DNA of 64,000 nt from Bacteroidota bacterium (GTDB lineage Bacteria > Bacteroidota > Ignavibacteria > UBA10030 > UBA6906): positions 8,655 to 72,654 of the forward strand of contig JBFLYO010000016.1 in assembly GCA_040756745.1 (NCBI GenBank), written 5' to 3'. The translations under genes were made by a program, and so were the position numbers. Position 1 is the first letter of the stretch. Each line of letters starts with the position of its first letter. The notes under the pieces were generated by a model. That model was not told the origin of the DNA and did not search any database. It was given only the letters and a program-made list of their open reading frames with translations. This document shows, piece after piece, positions 44,300 to 53,937 of this stretch.

Positions 44300-47200
44300 T
44301 TAGAAGGTCAGCCGTGCGCCAAAATAGAATTCACGCGGGAAGCCGTAGAAATAGCTGCCGTCTGCACCCACCGGCCGGACGTACGGGCCTGTCGGGTTGG
44401 GTGAGCCCGCAGCATTCGACTTCTCCCAGAGGAACTGCGTGTCAAGATTGTCGTACCCGATGATGTTCGTCCAATTAAAGGCGTTGATCACCTCGGCAAA
44501 CACCGAGAGCCGGACTCCCTCGAATTCGAACCCCTTCTCCAGCCTGAGATCCACCTGCTGGTTCCAGGGTCCTTCCGCAAACTCGCGGCCGATCGTGCGC
44601 GCATCGGCGGTTGTGTATTTCGGATAGAAGAAGCCGCTCTGGAATGTCCCGATGGATGACAGGACGATGTCTTCGGGGAATCCCAGTATGAGCTGGTACG
44701 TGATCCGGTGCGTACGGTCATATCCACCGGTCAGCGTGCTTGCGCCGCCGACGACATCGGTCTGGATCTTGTTGTAGAAGTTGATGTCATCAATCGGGAG
44801 GCCCCCCGCCAAACGTGCGCTATCGCCATTTGCGGTGGAGAAGGAGGTCTGCATCTTCGGATCCAGTCCTGCGAACGCCGATGCCTTGATATAGCTGTAC
44901 GTGTACGTGGCGCGCCCCGAGACCGTCAGGATGCCGTCAAAGAAGCTCTGCCGTTGCCCCTCCAGCGTCACTTCCACGCCTCGGGAATCCGCATATCCGG
45001 CCGAGAAGCCGACGTAGTAGTTCGTTCCATACGGCCCGCTGCGCGGGATCACGTTGTACGAATAGTAGCCGTAATCCTCGATGTCGCGCAGGTACGCGTT
45101 GAAGTTCAATGCAAACTTCGGCACGAACTCCCACTGGATCCCGAGTTCGTAGTTGTTCGACTTGTAAGGCTTCTGGAGCACACTCGGGTTGTTCGGGAGC
45201 GATGTGTTCCCGAAGTTGTTGTAGTTAGCATAGACCCGTGAGTAGGGCGGGGGGAGCGAATTCCGCGAGTACGAGAAGTACATCGCTGCAACGTCGGAGA
45301 TCGGGTGGGAAACGCCGATCCTCGGCGATAAGAAGACGTAGGTATCAACCTTTTTGCTCCTCTGCGTCTGCCGCTGGGTGACCGTGATCGGCACACCGGT
45401 CAGGGTGTCGACTGATACCTGGACGTCTCGATACGGCGCAAAATAATTGGTGAACTCGAGCGCATCAGGATTCCAGGTGTCCACACGCGCGCCCAGGTTG
45501 ATGATGAGCCCCGCGTATTCCATCCGGTCCTGGATGTACCCGCCGAATTCTGTCGGCTTGGGGTTCCACTGCTCGATATAGTACTGTTGCTTCGCATCTA
45601 CCGCTCCGAGGAACGACGCTCGGCGCAGCATGTCCACGTTGTGGAACCTCGCCTGTCCCCCAACCTGCAACCGGTGGTTTGCTGTGAGCTGATTTGTGTA
45701 ATCCCCCTTAACGGTGAAGACCGAGTACAGCAGGTTCTCGTAAAAGAATCCGGGTCGCGCAAGCCTGGCAGTGGTTCCGCCTGCATTGAACGGTGTGCTC
45801 GTCGAGCTCGCTTGCTCATCCTGATTGCGGAAGAATTTGGTCAGGTCAGTATTGTTGATGTACTTATTAGCCTGAGCGAGGGTTTCCAGCGTGATGAAGT
45901 CGCCGTCCTCGTCCAGCGCGCAGAATCCGTCGCCGTTGTCGTCGCTATAGCCCGTGCGCGTTTGATTTGACGTTATGCTGGCCTGTACTTCGTAGAAGGA
46001 CGAAGGGTCAAGGATGTGCGTGAGCTTGAGGCTGCCAATGATGTCCGCACCGTCGTTCTTTGGCACCCCCTCCAGGTAGAATCGGGCGCTCTCCTGATAC
46101 CCCCTGTTCTTCCATCCGAAAAACCGCCCGCGATCGGTAAGTATGCCAAGACCCGTGACTTTGATGTCGCCGGTGATGTTGTACTGGGTCTTCAGGGTCA
46201 GGCCGATTTCACGTGCGAATTCGTTCGGCAGCCGGCCGTACGAGTTGAAGTACTTCCCCGTAAAGAAGAAGCCCCAGTCCTGCATGATATCACCGCTCAA
46301 CGATCCCTCGAACTCCACGGTTGGCTTCTCGTTGAGATACTTCCCATTAGCGTATGTATATCGCCCCAGCCGGGCGCTGTCCGCAGGGAGCGTCGTGCCA
46401 AAGGGGAGGCCCGCAGCCCTTCGTGCCCTCAACGAGTCCACGCGGTATTGCAGGTCTGACTTCTCTTTGAAGTAAAGGAAGTCGTTCCAGTAGACGTCTG
46501 GACCATTATAGCGGAGCCCTTTGAACTGGCTGACCCGGCCTGTAATGCTGCCGGTCAGCGGCCCGCGCCCTTCTCGCAGGGCATAGTTCACGAGGCCCGC
46601 CGTGGCCGACGAATACTCGGCTCCCACAGCGCCCGTATTCACGCTTACCTGCTCCACAGAGTTGAAGCTGAAATCGCCGATCTTGCTCAGCTCGCTTCCG
46701 TGGAAGCGGGGTACGCTGTTGTATACCAGATACGGCGTATGGGCCATATCTCCGGCATATGTATAGAACTGGTCGCTGACGTCAACACCGTCCACGATGG
46801 TCTTGGTCTCATTGATGCGGCCGCCGCGGATGAAGCCGTTGTACGCGCTCGCCGACGTTGCGATCAGTCCTACGGATGTGCGGATAGGGAGCGAGGAGAT
46901 GTCGTCCGAGGTTATTGTGGACTTGGATGCCGTGAGGCTTCTATCCACAAGGGGTCGTTCTGCCTGAATGACGATTTCCGCCAGACCAACCGCTTCCGAC
47001 TGGAGCGTGAAATCCAAGGTCAGGATCTGGTCAGATTCGATCAGCACGCCGACGACAACCTGCGGCGCGTACCCGACCGCCGAGGCGCGCACACGATACG
47101 TCCCCGGCGGGACATTCAGAATGAAATAGTTTCCGGAAGGATCCGTTGCCGCACCGAGCGTCGTGCCGACAACCACGACGTTCACCCCCGGAACAGCAGC

Positions 47201-47317
47201 CCCGTCGGAGCTCTTGACCGCCCCCGTGATCTTTCCGTTGCCGGCCACTGCAACCTGCGTCAGCGCAGCGGAGGCCAACAGAACGATCGCCAGGAATCTG
47301 TAGCAGCGTTGGGTCAT
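44300..47317 (-). CDS. TonB-dependent outer-membrane receptor, SusC/RagA-like with CarboxypepD_reg N-terminal domain
   Basis: ORF 44300..47581 trimmed to Met89 (MTQRCYRFLAIVLLASAALTQVAVAG signal). AAGGAGG Shine-Dalgarno sits 5 nt upstream. CarboxypepD_reg domain (GKITGAV...GNYFILNVPPGTYRVRASAVGYAP), plug region, long beta-barrel, C-terminal ...YFGARLTF. Confidence 0.8.
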   Translation of the reverse strand: MTQRCYRFLAIVLLASAALTQVAVAGNGKITGAVKSSDGAAVPGVNVVVVGTTLGAATDPSGNYFILNVPPGTYRVRASAVGYAPQVVVGVLIESDQILTLDFTLQSEAVGLAEIVIQAERPLVDRSLTASKSTITSDDISSLPIRTSVGLIATSASAYNGFIRGGRINETKTIVDGVDVSDQFYTYAGDMAHTPYLVYNSVPRFHGSELSKIGDFSFNSVEQVSVNTGAVGAEYSSATAGLVNYALREGRGPLTGSITGRVSQFKGLRYNGPDVYWNDFLYFKEKSDLQYRVDSLRARRAAGLPFGTTLPADSARLGRYTYANGKYLNEKPTVEFEGSLSGDIMQDWGFFFTGKYFNSYGRLPNEFAREIGLTLKTQYNITGDIKVTGLGILTDRGRFFGWKNRGYQESARFYLEGVPKNDGADIIGSLKLTHILDPSSFYEVQASITSNQTRTGYSDDNGDGFCALDEDGDFITLETLAQANKYINNTDLTKFFRNQDEQASSTSTPFNAGGTTARLARPGFFYENLLYSVFTVKGDYTNQLTANHRLQVGGQARFHNVDMLRRASFLGAVDAKQQYYIEQWNPKPTEFGGYIQDRMEYAGLIINLGARVDTWNPDALEFTNYFAPYRDVQVSVDTLTGVPITVTQRQTQRSKKVDTYVFLSPRIGVSHPISDVAAMYFSYSRNSLPPPYSRVYANYNNFGNTSLPNNPSVLQKPYKSNNYELGIQWEFVPKFALNFNAYLRDIEDYGYYSYNVIPRSGPYGTNYYVGFSAGYADSRGVEVTLEGQRQSFFDGILTVSGRATYTYSYIKASAFAGLDPKMQTSFSTANGDSARLAGGLPIDDINFYNKIQTDVVGGASTLTGGYDRTHRITYQLILGFPEDIVLSSIGTFQSGFFYPKYTTADARTIGREFAEGPWNQQVDLRLEKGFEFEGVRLSVFAEVINAFNWTNIIGYDNLDTQFLWEKSNAAGSPNPTGPYVRPVGADGSYFYGFPREFYFGARLTF

Positions 47318-47683
47318 ATCGTTCCTCCTTCGATCATGAATTGAGTAGGGTGGGTGGATGGATTGACGTGATGTAACGGATGCATCGTACACTCGTGCGG
47401 TCAGCGCGGCATGGCTTCCCGTCGGGGGAGACCGCATGCTGCGGTGACGGAATGCGAACAGGAATGAGAACTGAGTCTGGAACCTGTGCGAACGCCCGGG
47501 CAGGAGATATTCACCCGGCGTTCCACTAATAGAATGGTGTTTTATCACCGGAAAAATAGCACATTGCCGATGTTTTGTCAAGCGCTTTCTTTCCCCGGAG
47601 CGTTGCGGATGAACCGGGCATTCTCTACTTTACTCCCGACGCGCTGTGAAACCCGATTCCACTATTGAAATGAGTGAGGCAGG

Positions 47684-48499
47684 ATGCGCATTCTCGTCGC
47701 GCGCTCGAAATGGGAGTTCGACACACTCCCCCTCGATGACTTTCTACGGAAGATATCGGGCGCCGGTTTCGACGCGTCCGACATCCACCTCCCTTCACTG
47801 AAGGAGTCCCCGGAAGAAACCGCCGCCCTGCACCACCGCTACCGCCTTTCTCTTATGGCCCTGATTACCAGCGAGGGGAAAACGCCAGAGGAGCATTGCC
47901 GTTCGCTCGAGGAACGGCTCGCCCTGGCCGCCCGGTGCAGCGCGGGGCATGTGAACTGCCATACGGGAAGGGACATTTTTACACCAGAGGAGAATATCAC
48001 AATTTTCAGGGCCGCCGCAGATCTTGCTCGCCGTTACGGGCTGCCCATTTCACACGAAACTCACCGCGGACGCGCCCTGTTTAGCCTTCCGGCAACACGC
48101 GATCTTTTGCGGACACTCCCGGAACTCAGGATAACCGCAGATTTTTCACACTGGTGCTGTGTGCATGAATCGCTACTCCAGGACCAGGAAGACGCTCTGG
48201 CACTCGCCATCGAGCGCTCTGATTACATCCACGCCCGGATCGGCCACGCGGAAGGACCCCAGGTCAATGACCCCCGTGCCCCTGAATGGGACACAGAGCG
48301 CAATATCCACCTGGAGTGGTGGAAGCGGATCGCGCGGGAGCACGTAAAACGCGGCTCGGAACGCCTGTTCGTCTGTCCCGAATTCGGCCCCGCTCCCTAC
48401 ATGCCGCAACTGCCGCATACGCGGCAGCCGGTCACGGATCTGTGGGAAGTCACGCTGTATATGAAAGACCTTCTTCGTAAAGCACTGGAGGAGAATTAA
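47684..48499 (+). CDS. sugar phosphate isomerase/epimerase (xylose-isomerase-like TIM barrel) family protein
   Basis: 271 aa. TIM-barrel family pattern with His/Glu/Asp metal ligands (ISHETH, HARIGH). Confidence 0.65.
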   Translation: MRILVARSKWEFDTLPLDDFLRKISGAGFDASDIHLPSLKESPEETAALHHRYRLSLMALITSEGKTPEEHCRSLEERLALAARCSAGHVNCHTGRDIFTPEENITIFRAAADLARRYGLPISHETHRGRALFSLPATRDLLRTLPELRITADFSHWCCVHESLLQDQEDALALAIERSDYIHARIGHAEGPQVNDPRAPEWDTERNIHLEWWKRIAREHVKRGSERLFVCPEFGPAPYMPQLPHTRQPVTDLWEVTLYMKDLLRKALEEN

Positions 48500-48517
48500 C
48501 CACAGAGGCACAGAGAA

Positions 48518-48646
48518 GATTGAGATCGAGATTGAGATTAAGGAAAAGGGGTGGAGCAGGTTAAGGTCAAGGGGGCCTTCGCCCGCCCTCAACCTTAACC
48601 TTGGCCTTGACCTCAATCTTGATCTCAATCTTGATCTCTATTGAGG
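48518..48646. repeat. hexamer-repeat palindromic intergenic element (GATTGAGATCGAGATTGAGATTAAGG ... CCTCAATCTTGATCTCAATCTTGATCTC)
   Basis: Left arm (GAGATT/GAGATC units) and right arm (AATCTC/GATCTC units) are reverse complements. The inner part holds nested GGTTAAGG/CCTTAACC and GGTCAAGG/CCTTGACC pairs. Fills the spacer between the TIM-barrel and cupin genes. Confidence 0.6.
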
Positions 48647-48650
48647 TTCT

Positions 48651-49100
48651 ATGATTATTGCCGATCTTGCAACGATTTCGGGACGCACGTACCCCGCGAG
48701 GAGGAGGACCCAGAACCTCGTAGGAGGAGCATCCCCGATCCAGGCAAATAATTTCTCCATGGGGATGGTCACGCTCGAGGCGCACGGCGGACAGGTGCCG
48801 TGGCACAATCAGGAACAGGAAGAGGTGTATCTGATCCTGAACGGCACCGGCGAAATGTGCCTTGGAGAGGAGCGGTTCACCGTAAGGTCTGGTCAGGCGG
48901 TGTTTATTCCGCCAAAGGTATTTCACCAGCTCACGAACACCGGACCGACTCCCATGACCATGCTCTATTGTTACGGGCCGGCGGGTGATGTCGCCCACTG
49001 GCGGCAGGAGCTGGAAGGGACGCTGCCACGGGCCGGCATCGAGGCGCCGCCTCTCCCCTACGGCGCAGCGCCACAATGCACCGATGCGCCCGCTCGGTAG
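48651..49100 (+). CDS. cupin-domain protein
   Basis: 149 aa. Two-motif cupin signature (G-x5-PWHNQEQEEVYLILNG ... G-x5-FIPPKVFHQLTN). Confidence 0.7.
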   Translation: MIIADLATISGRTYPARRRTQNLVGGASPIQANNFSMGMVTLEAHGGQVPWHNQEQEEVYLILNGTGEMCLGEERFTVRSGQAVFIPPKVFHQLTNTGPTPMTMLYCYGPAGDVAHWRQELEGTLPRAGIEAPPLPYGAAPQCTDAPAR

Positions 49101-49171
49101 TTTTCCTTGCGGCGGTTCCATGAATCGTCGTTTCCCGTGTTCACCCAGAACCGACCACCGGAGATGTATTC

Positions 49172-50341
49172 ATGCATACAATGAAGACCCATACCGTCGG
49201 CATTATCATGAACGGCGTGACCGGCCGTATGGGAATGAACCAACACCTGCTTCGGTCAGTCGCTGCGATTATCGCACAGGGGGGAGTCAGGGTCGGCGAT
49301 ACAGAGCGCATCATGCCCGACCCCATCCTTGTGGGACGCAATGCCGAGAAACTGGAAGACCTCGCAGCCCGCGCCGGAATCTCCCGCTGGACCACGGATC
49401 TGCGCGCCGTGCTGAACGACCCCAACACCAGCGTCTACTTCGATGCACAGACAACGAGCCTCCGCGCGCCGGCAGTTCGCGCCGCCATCGACGCGGGAAA
49501 GCACATCTACTGTGAAAAGCCCACCGCGCTCACAACCGCCGATGCGCTGGAACTCTACACCAGGGCAAAGACCCGCGGCGTGAAGCATGGCGTGGTGCAG
49601 GACAAGCTCTGGCTCCCCGGGCTCATCAAGCTCAAGACGCTGATCGATACGGGGTTCTTTGGCCGCATTCTCTCCGTCCGCGGTGAGTTCGGCTACTGGG
49701 TCTTCGAGGGGAGCCCCATCCCCTCCCAGCGCCCCTCCTGGAACTACCGCAAGGAGGACGGCGGCGGCGTTATCTTCGACATGCTCTGTCACTGGCGCTA
49801 CGTGCTGGACAACCTGTTCGGCAGGGTGACCGCGGTGTCGTGTCTCGGCGCAACCCATATCCCCACACGATGGGACGAAGCGGGAAAGCCCTACAGCTGC
49901 ACTGCCGACGACGCCGCCTATGCGACATTTACCCTTGAAAACGGGGTCGTCGCACAGTTCAACTCATCCTGGACCGTCCGGGTACGTCGCGACGACCTGC
50001 TGACCCTGCAGGTCGACGGCACGCGCGGTTCCGCGGTCGCGGGGCTCCGCGACTGCCTCATCCAGCCCTACGAATCGACCCCGCGCCCCATCTGGAATCC
50101 CGACATCCCGAACCCGATCAACTTCTATTCCGACTGGGTACAGGTGCAGGCACAACAGGAATATGAGAACGCGTTCAAAGTACAGTGGGAGCTCTTCCTT
50201 CGCCATGTGGTGAAGGACGAGAAGTTTCAATGGGACTTGCTTGAAGGCGCCAAGGGAGTCCAGCTCGCCGAGAAGGGGATGGAGTCATGGGAAAAGCGCG
50301 CCTGGGTGGATGTCCCCGACCTGATCTGTACCAATTCCTGA
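49172..50341 (+). CDS. Gfo/Idh/MocA family oxidoreductase
   Basis: 389 aa. N-terminal Rossmann [13 protein letters not shown] and the EKP motif (IYCEKPTAL). Confidence 0.85.
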   Translation: MHTMKTHTVGIIMNGVTGRMGMNQHLLRSVAAIIAQGGVRVGDTERIMPDPILVGRNAEKLEDLAARAGISRWTTDLRAVLNDPNTSVYFDAQTTSLRAPAVRAAIDAGKHIYCEKPTALTTADALELYTRAKTRGVKHGVVQDKLWLPGLIKLKTLIDTGFFGRILSVRGEFGYWVFEGSPIPSQRPSWNYRKEDGGGVIFDMLCHWRYVLDNLFGRVTAVSCLGATHIPTRWDEAGKPYSCTADDAAYATFTLENGVVAQFNSSWTVRVRRDDLLTLQVDGTRGSAVAGLRDCLIQPYESTPRPIWNPDIPNPINFYSDWVQVQAQQEYENAFKVQWELFLRHVVKDEKFQWDLLEGAKGVQLAEKGMESWEKRAWVDVPDLICTNS

Positions 50342-50392
50342 CAACTCCACGATACCGGCACGCCTCACATCTATGCACTTCTGAGAAGCCTG

Positions 50393-51157
50393 ATGAGTCA
50401 ACAGCCGACACAACTGGCACACGCACCTTTCGCCCGCCTCCGCGAGGCACGCTACGAAGTCGCGCTGCTGCCCTGGGGAGCGACCGAGCCGCATAACCTC
50501 CACCTCCCGTACGGGACCGACCTCATTGAAACTGAGCGGATCGCTGCCGAGGCGGTACGAAAGGCGTCAGAACGCGGCGCGCGGGTAATTGTCCTCCCTA
50601 TCGTTCCCTTCGGCGTCAATACCGGACAGCTCGACCTCCCGCTCACGATCAACATGAACCCCAGCACGCAGCTGGCACTGCTCGACGACGTGGCGGAATC
50701 TCTGGAACGCCAGGGGGTCCCAAAGCTCGCGATCCTGAACGGCCATGGCGGGAATGACTTCCGGCAGTTGATCCGTGAGTTACGCCCGCGCCGAGACCTG
50801 TTTCTCTGCACGTTGAACTGGTACACGGCAGTGGAGAAGCGGAAGTTCTTCGACGCCGGGGGTGATCACGCGGATGAGATGGAGACCAGCCTGATGCTCC
50901 ACCTCGCGCCCGAGCTCGTCCTCCCCCTCTCCGAAGCCGGAGACGGCAAGACCCTCTCGCCGCGGATCCAGGCGTTCCGTGAAGGATGGGCCTGGATGCC
51001 CCGTCCCTGGAGCACGGTTTCCGCAGATACCGGGTCGGGGGACCCGCGGAAGGCAACCGCGGAGAAAGGGCGAAGGTACTTCGAGGCCGTCACGGAAGCC
51101 GTTGCGGGATTCCTGGTCGAGCTGTCGGCAGCCGATCCCGGAGACATGTACGTCTGA
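50393..51157 (+). CDS. creatininase-family amidohydrolase
   Basis: 254 aa. LLPWGATEPHNLHLPYGTD and downstream His/Asp/Glu metal-ligand pattern typical of the creatinine amidohydrolase family. Confidence 0.7.
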   Translation: MSQQPTQLAHAPFARLREARYEVALLPWGATEPHNLHLPYGTDLIETERIAAEAVRKASERGARVIVLPIVPFGVNTGQLDLPLTINMNPSTQLALLDDVAESLERQGVPKLAILNGHGGNDFRQLIRELRPRRDLFLCTLNWYTAVEKRKFFDAGGDHADEMETSLMLHLAPELVLPLSEAGDGKTLSPRIQAFREGWAWMPRPWSTVSADTGSGDPRKATAEKGRRYFEAVTEAVAGFLVELSAADPGDMYV

Positions 51158-51254
51158 TGCTATACTGATCGTCACCATCCTCGCAGCCCTGCAGCATGTC
51201 ACTGCTGTCCCTGGTTTCACGCACTGCATCGTTCATTTCCCATCTCACATCCCG

Positions 51255-53861
51255 ATGAGCTCAAAAACCTTCCGCTGGCCAGTCGGTGTCCTTCTTGCCG
51301 CACTTGCATCGTTCCAGGCGCCGTCAGCCGCACAGTCACTGCATGTCGATTACGGCTACGCTCCTGCGAGCCACTTCACCGCGATCTGTTTTCCCTCCGA
51401 CTGGCAGAAGACCATCGTAACGGAGCGTGGAACGCTGGGATACGATTTCGGGCCAGGACCGTATGCGCGGCCCCTGACGGAGGTTTCCGTCGGAATTCAG
51501 GAAACCACGGTGACCATCCAGCGACTCGCCATCAACGACCCGCGCGTCCCGATTGTTGTGGCTGAGTTCAGTTCCCCCGGCGGCACAATCCGACAGGAGG
51601 CGTTCGCGCTTCCCGGTCCCGCCGCCGGTCGTCAGCGCACAACCTTCGCCAACGGCGCAGTGCGCCGCATCGGGGGACTCAATGGCGTCGCGGGCTGGGC
51701 GAATCCGCCTGCCGGCACTGACCCCGCCTTCCGCAACGTCGCTTGGGGAACGAACCGCCCCATCCTCTATCGTGTCCGCGTGCCGCGCGGAGCGGCGCGG
51801 CTTGTTGCAATGGGAATCTGCGAGCCCTACAAACCGATCACCGGTCAGCGTGTGCTGGAACTCAGCGCTGAGGGGTCCGCGGTCCGGACCGTCGAAGCGT
51901 TGAAAGACACGCAGCGAAACCGCCCGTATGTCTATTTCTTCGACGCGCACGACGCCAACAACGACGGGGAACTCGCGCTCGAAGTCCACGCCTCGCAGCA
52001 GGGAATCGACCCGAACGTCACCCTCAATGCATTCTGGATCTTTCCACAAGGGACGCGCATCACGGAAGAGGAAGTCATCCACGGTGAAGGCACCCGACGT
52101 GCGGAATTTTCCTGGTCGTGCGGACTCGAGAACGAGCTCGGCGCTCCGTCCGCACGCGTTGACGGCATTCTTGCCGAGTTCACCGGGGCCGGGGTGACAC
52201 CGGTCGTGAACATCAAGACTTCTCGAACCTGCGTCTACGAGACGTCTGCACACGCTCTGCTCACCCGAGGGCGTCCATTTGTCATGACAAGGCCAGCGCC
52301 GGCCCACGCGATGCAGACATCGGGGGGATGGCAGCTTCTCCTTCCGCACGGGACACGCGATGTCCAGGTCTACGTGATCAACGGCGCTTCGGGCAACGCA
52401 TTCGATCCACCCGATCTCCACGCGGCGCGGAGGCACGCGGAGAAATACTGGAAGGAGCAGAGTGTCATCCCCTTCGGCAGTATCTCAGTTCCGGATCCCG
52501 GCATTCAGTACCTGCTCGACGCAAGCACGAGAAATCTGTATCAGATCAGCGAGTGGGTCGACGACCAATTCCAGTTCCAGCCGGGACCGAGCGTCTACCG
52601 CGGGCTCTGGATTCATGACCAGGCCTGGCATGTTTCCGCAGCCCTGTACCTTGGAGACACGGCAGCTGCACGGCGTTCGATTGAAACGATGATGCAGTTC
52701 CAGCGGCCGGATGGTAAAGTTGTCCTGAGCGAGCCGTTCCCGATGCAGCGCGAGACCCCCCTGCTCATCTTCGCGATCGTCCGGTACGCCGAGTTCGCAG
52801 GAGACAGGCGCTGGCTGGCAGAACACTGGGGGAAGATCGTGAACGGTGTGTCATGGATCAGGAGCGCGCGGAATTCCACCCTCTCCGATCCTTCTTCTTC
52901 GTTCTATGGTTTGTTCCCACCCGGATTTGCCGACGGGGGGCTGGGAGGCATCGAGGCAGAGTACGGGACAACATACTGGGGCGTGATCGGCCTCCATGCG
53001 GCGGCACGCGCTGCGGGACTCTTGGACGAACGGGACAGTTCACGGTCGTGGGACGCACTGGCGGGGGAAATCATGGCCTCGTTCCGCAGGGCCGCCGCAC
53101 GCGACACGCGCATCGATGCCGCGGGAAACCGGTATCTCCCAATGAAGGTCGGCGATACCGCCTCCACACTCCTTCCTCAGCAGGCAAACTGGGGAATCCT
53201 CGACGCGCAGGGATTGGGACATCTCTTTCCTTACGACGATCCGACCGTAAAGGGGACGCTCGCCATGCTCGATGCAGCGTCAAAGGAAGGACTTCCACAC
53301 AGCGTCGGCTGGTTGAAGAACGGCATCTGGAGTTTCTTCGGCGCACTGCTGGGGATCTCGCATGCATGGCAGAGGAACCTTGAGCGGGCTCAGGACATAC
53401 TCTATGCCTATGCAAACCACGCATCGCCGCTGGGCACCTGGGTCGAAGAGCAGCTCCCGCGCGGGGAGGGAACGCGGACCACAGGCGACGCCTCAAATGC
53501 CACCGCAAGCTCGCTCTACATCAAGCTCCTTCGTCGGCTTCTTGTCATTGAACGCAGGGACACGCTCGAGATTCTCGCCGGCATGCCCGCGGAGTGGTGC
53601 CGGCCAGGCGCCCGGCTCTCCCTGAAGAACGCCGGCACGCAGTTCGGACCTCTCACGCTCGATCTCCGTGTGACCCCCGATGGACGGAAGGCCGAGATAT
53701 CAATAGCGCCGCTCGCGCGTGGCGGCGAGTGCGTCGTGCGGCTCGATCTCGATGCACTCCGCGCCGCGGGCTTCGTCCCATCCGACCCGGTTGAAGTGCC
53801 GCTGCTGCGCCTGAGAGCCGGCGATCCCACGGCAACGTTCGCCTTTGACAGACGTCCCTGA
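51255..53861 (+). CDS. large secreted protein, probable (alpha/alpha)6 glycoside hydrolase-like
   Basis: ORF 50979..53861 trimmed to Met93 (MSSKTFRWPVGVLLAALASFQAPSAAQS signal peptide). The 92 aa upstream are Arg/Pro-rich and overlap the preceding gene's end region. The C-terminal half has helix-pair motifs (LWIHDQAWHVSAALYLGD, RYAEFAGD). Confidence 0.45.
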   Translation: MSSKTFRWPVGVLLAALASFQAPSAAQSLHVDYGYAPASHFTAICFPSDWQKTIVTERGTLGYDFGPGPYARPLTEVSVGIQETTVTIQRLAINDPRVPIVVAEFSSPGGTIRQEAFALPGPAAGRQRTTFANGAVRRIGGLNGVAGWANPPAGTDPAFRNVAWGTNRPILYRVRVPRGAARLVAMGICEPYKPITGQRVLELSAEGSAVRTVEALKDTQRNRPYVYFFDAHDANNDGELALEVHASQQGIDPNVTLNAFWIFPQGTRITEEEVIHGEGTRRAEFSWSCGLENELGAPSARVDGILAEFTGAGVTPVVNIKTSRTCVYETSAHALLTRGRPFVMTRPAPAHAMQTSGGWQLLLPHGTRDVQVYVINGASGNAFDPPDLHAARRHAEKYWKEQSVIPFGSISVPDPGIQYLLDASTRNLYQISEWVDDQFQFQPGPSVYRGLWIHDQAWHVSAALYLGDTAAARRSIETMMQFQRPDGKVVLSEPFPMQRETPLLIFAIVRYAEFAGDRRWLAEHWGKIVNGVSWIRSARNSTLSDPSSSFYGLFPPGFADGGLGGIEAEYGTTYWGVIGLHAAARAAGLLDERDSSRSWDALAGEIMASFRRAAARDTRIDAAGNRYLPMKVGDTASTLLPQQANWGILDAQGLGHLFPYDDPTVKGTLAMLDAASKEGLPHSVGWLKNGIWSFFGALLGISHAWQRNLERAQDILYAYANHASPLGTWVEEQLPRGEGTRTTGDASNATASSLYIKLLRRLLVIERRDTLEILAGMPAEWCRPGARLSLKNAGTQFGPLTLDLRVTPDGRKAEISIAPLARGGECVVRLDLDALRAAGFVPSDPVEVPLLRLRAGDPTATFAFDRRP

Positions 53862-53937
53862 GGAGACCGCGCACCGGATATTGTTTTCACCGCCGCACAT
53901 AGTTATGTTGACATCACCACACACTTCACCGCCGATC

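Noticed and set aside
48518-48646. Possible CRISPR array (also 60872..61049)
   Set aside because: The repeats are 6-nt units arranged as inverted arms, not 25-40-nt direct repeats separated by unique spacers. There are no cas genes nearby.
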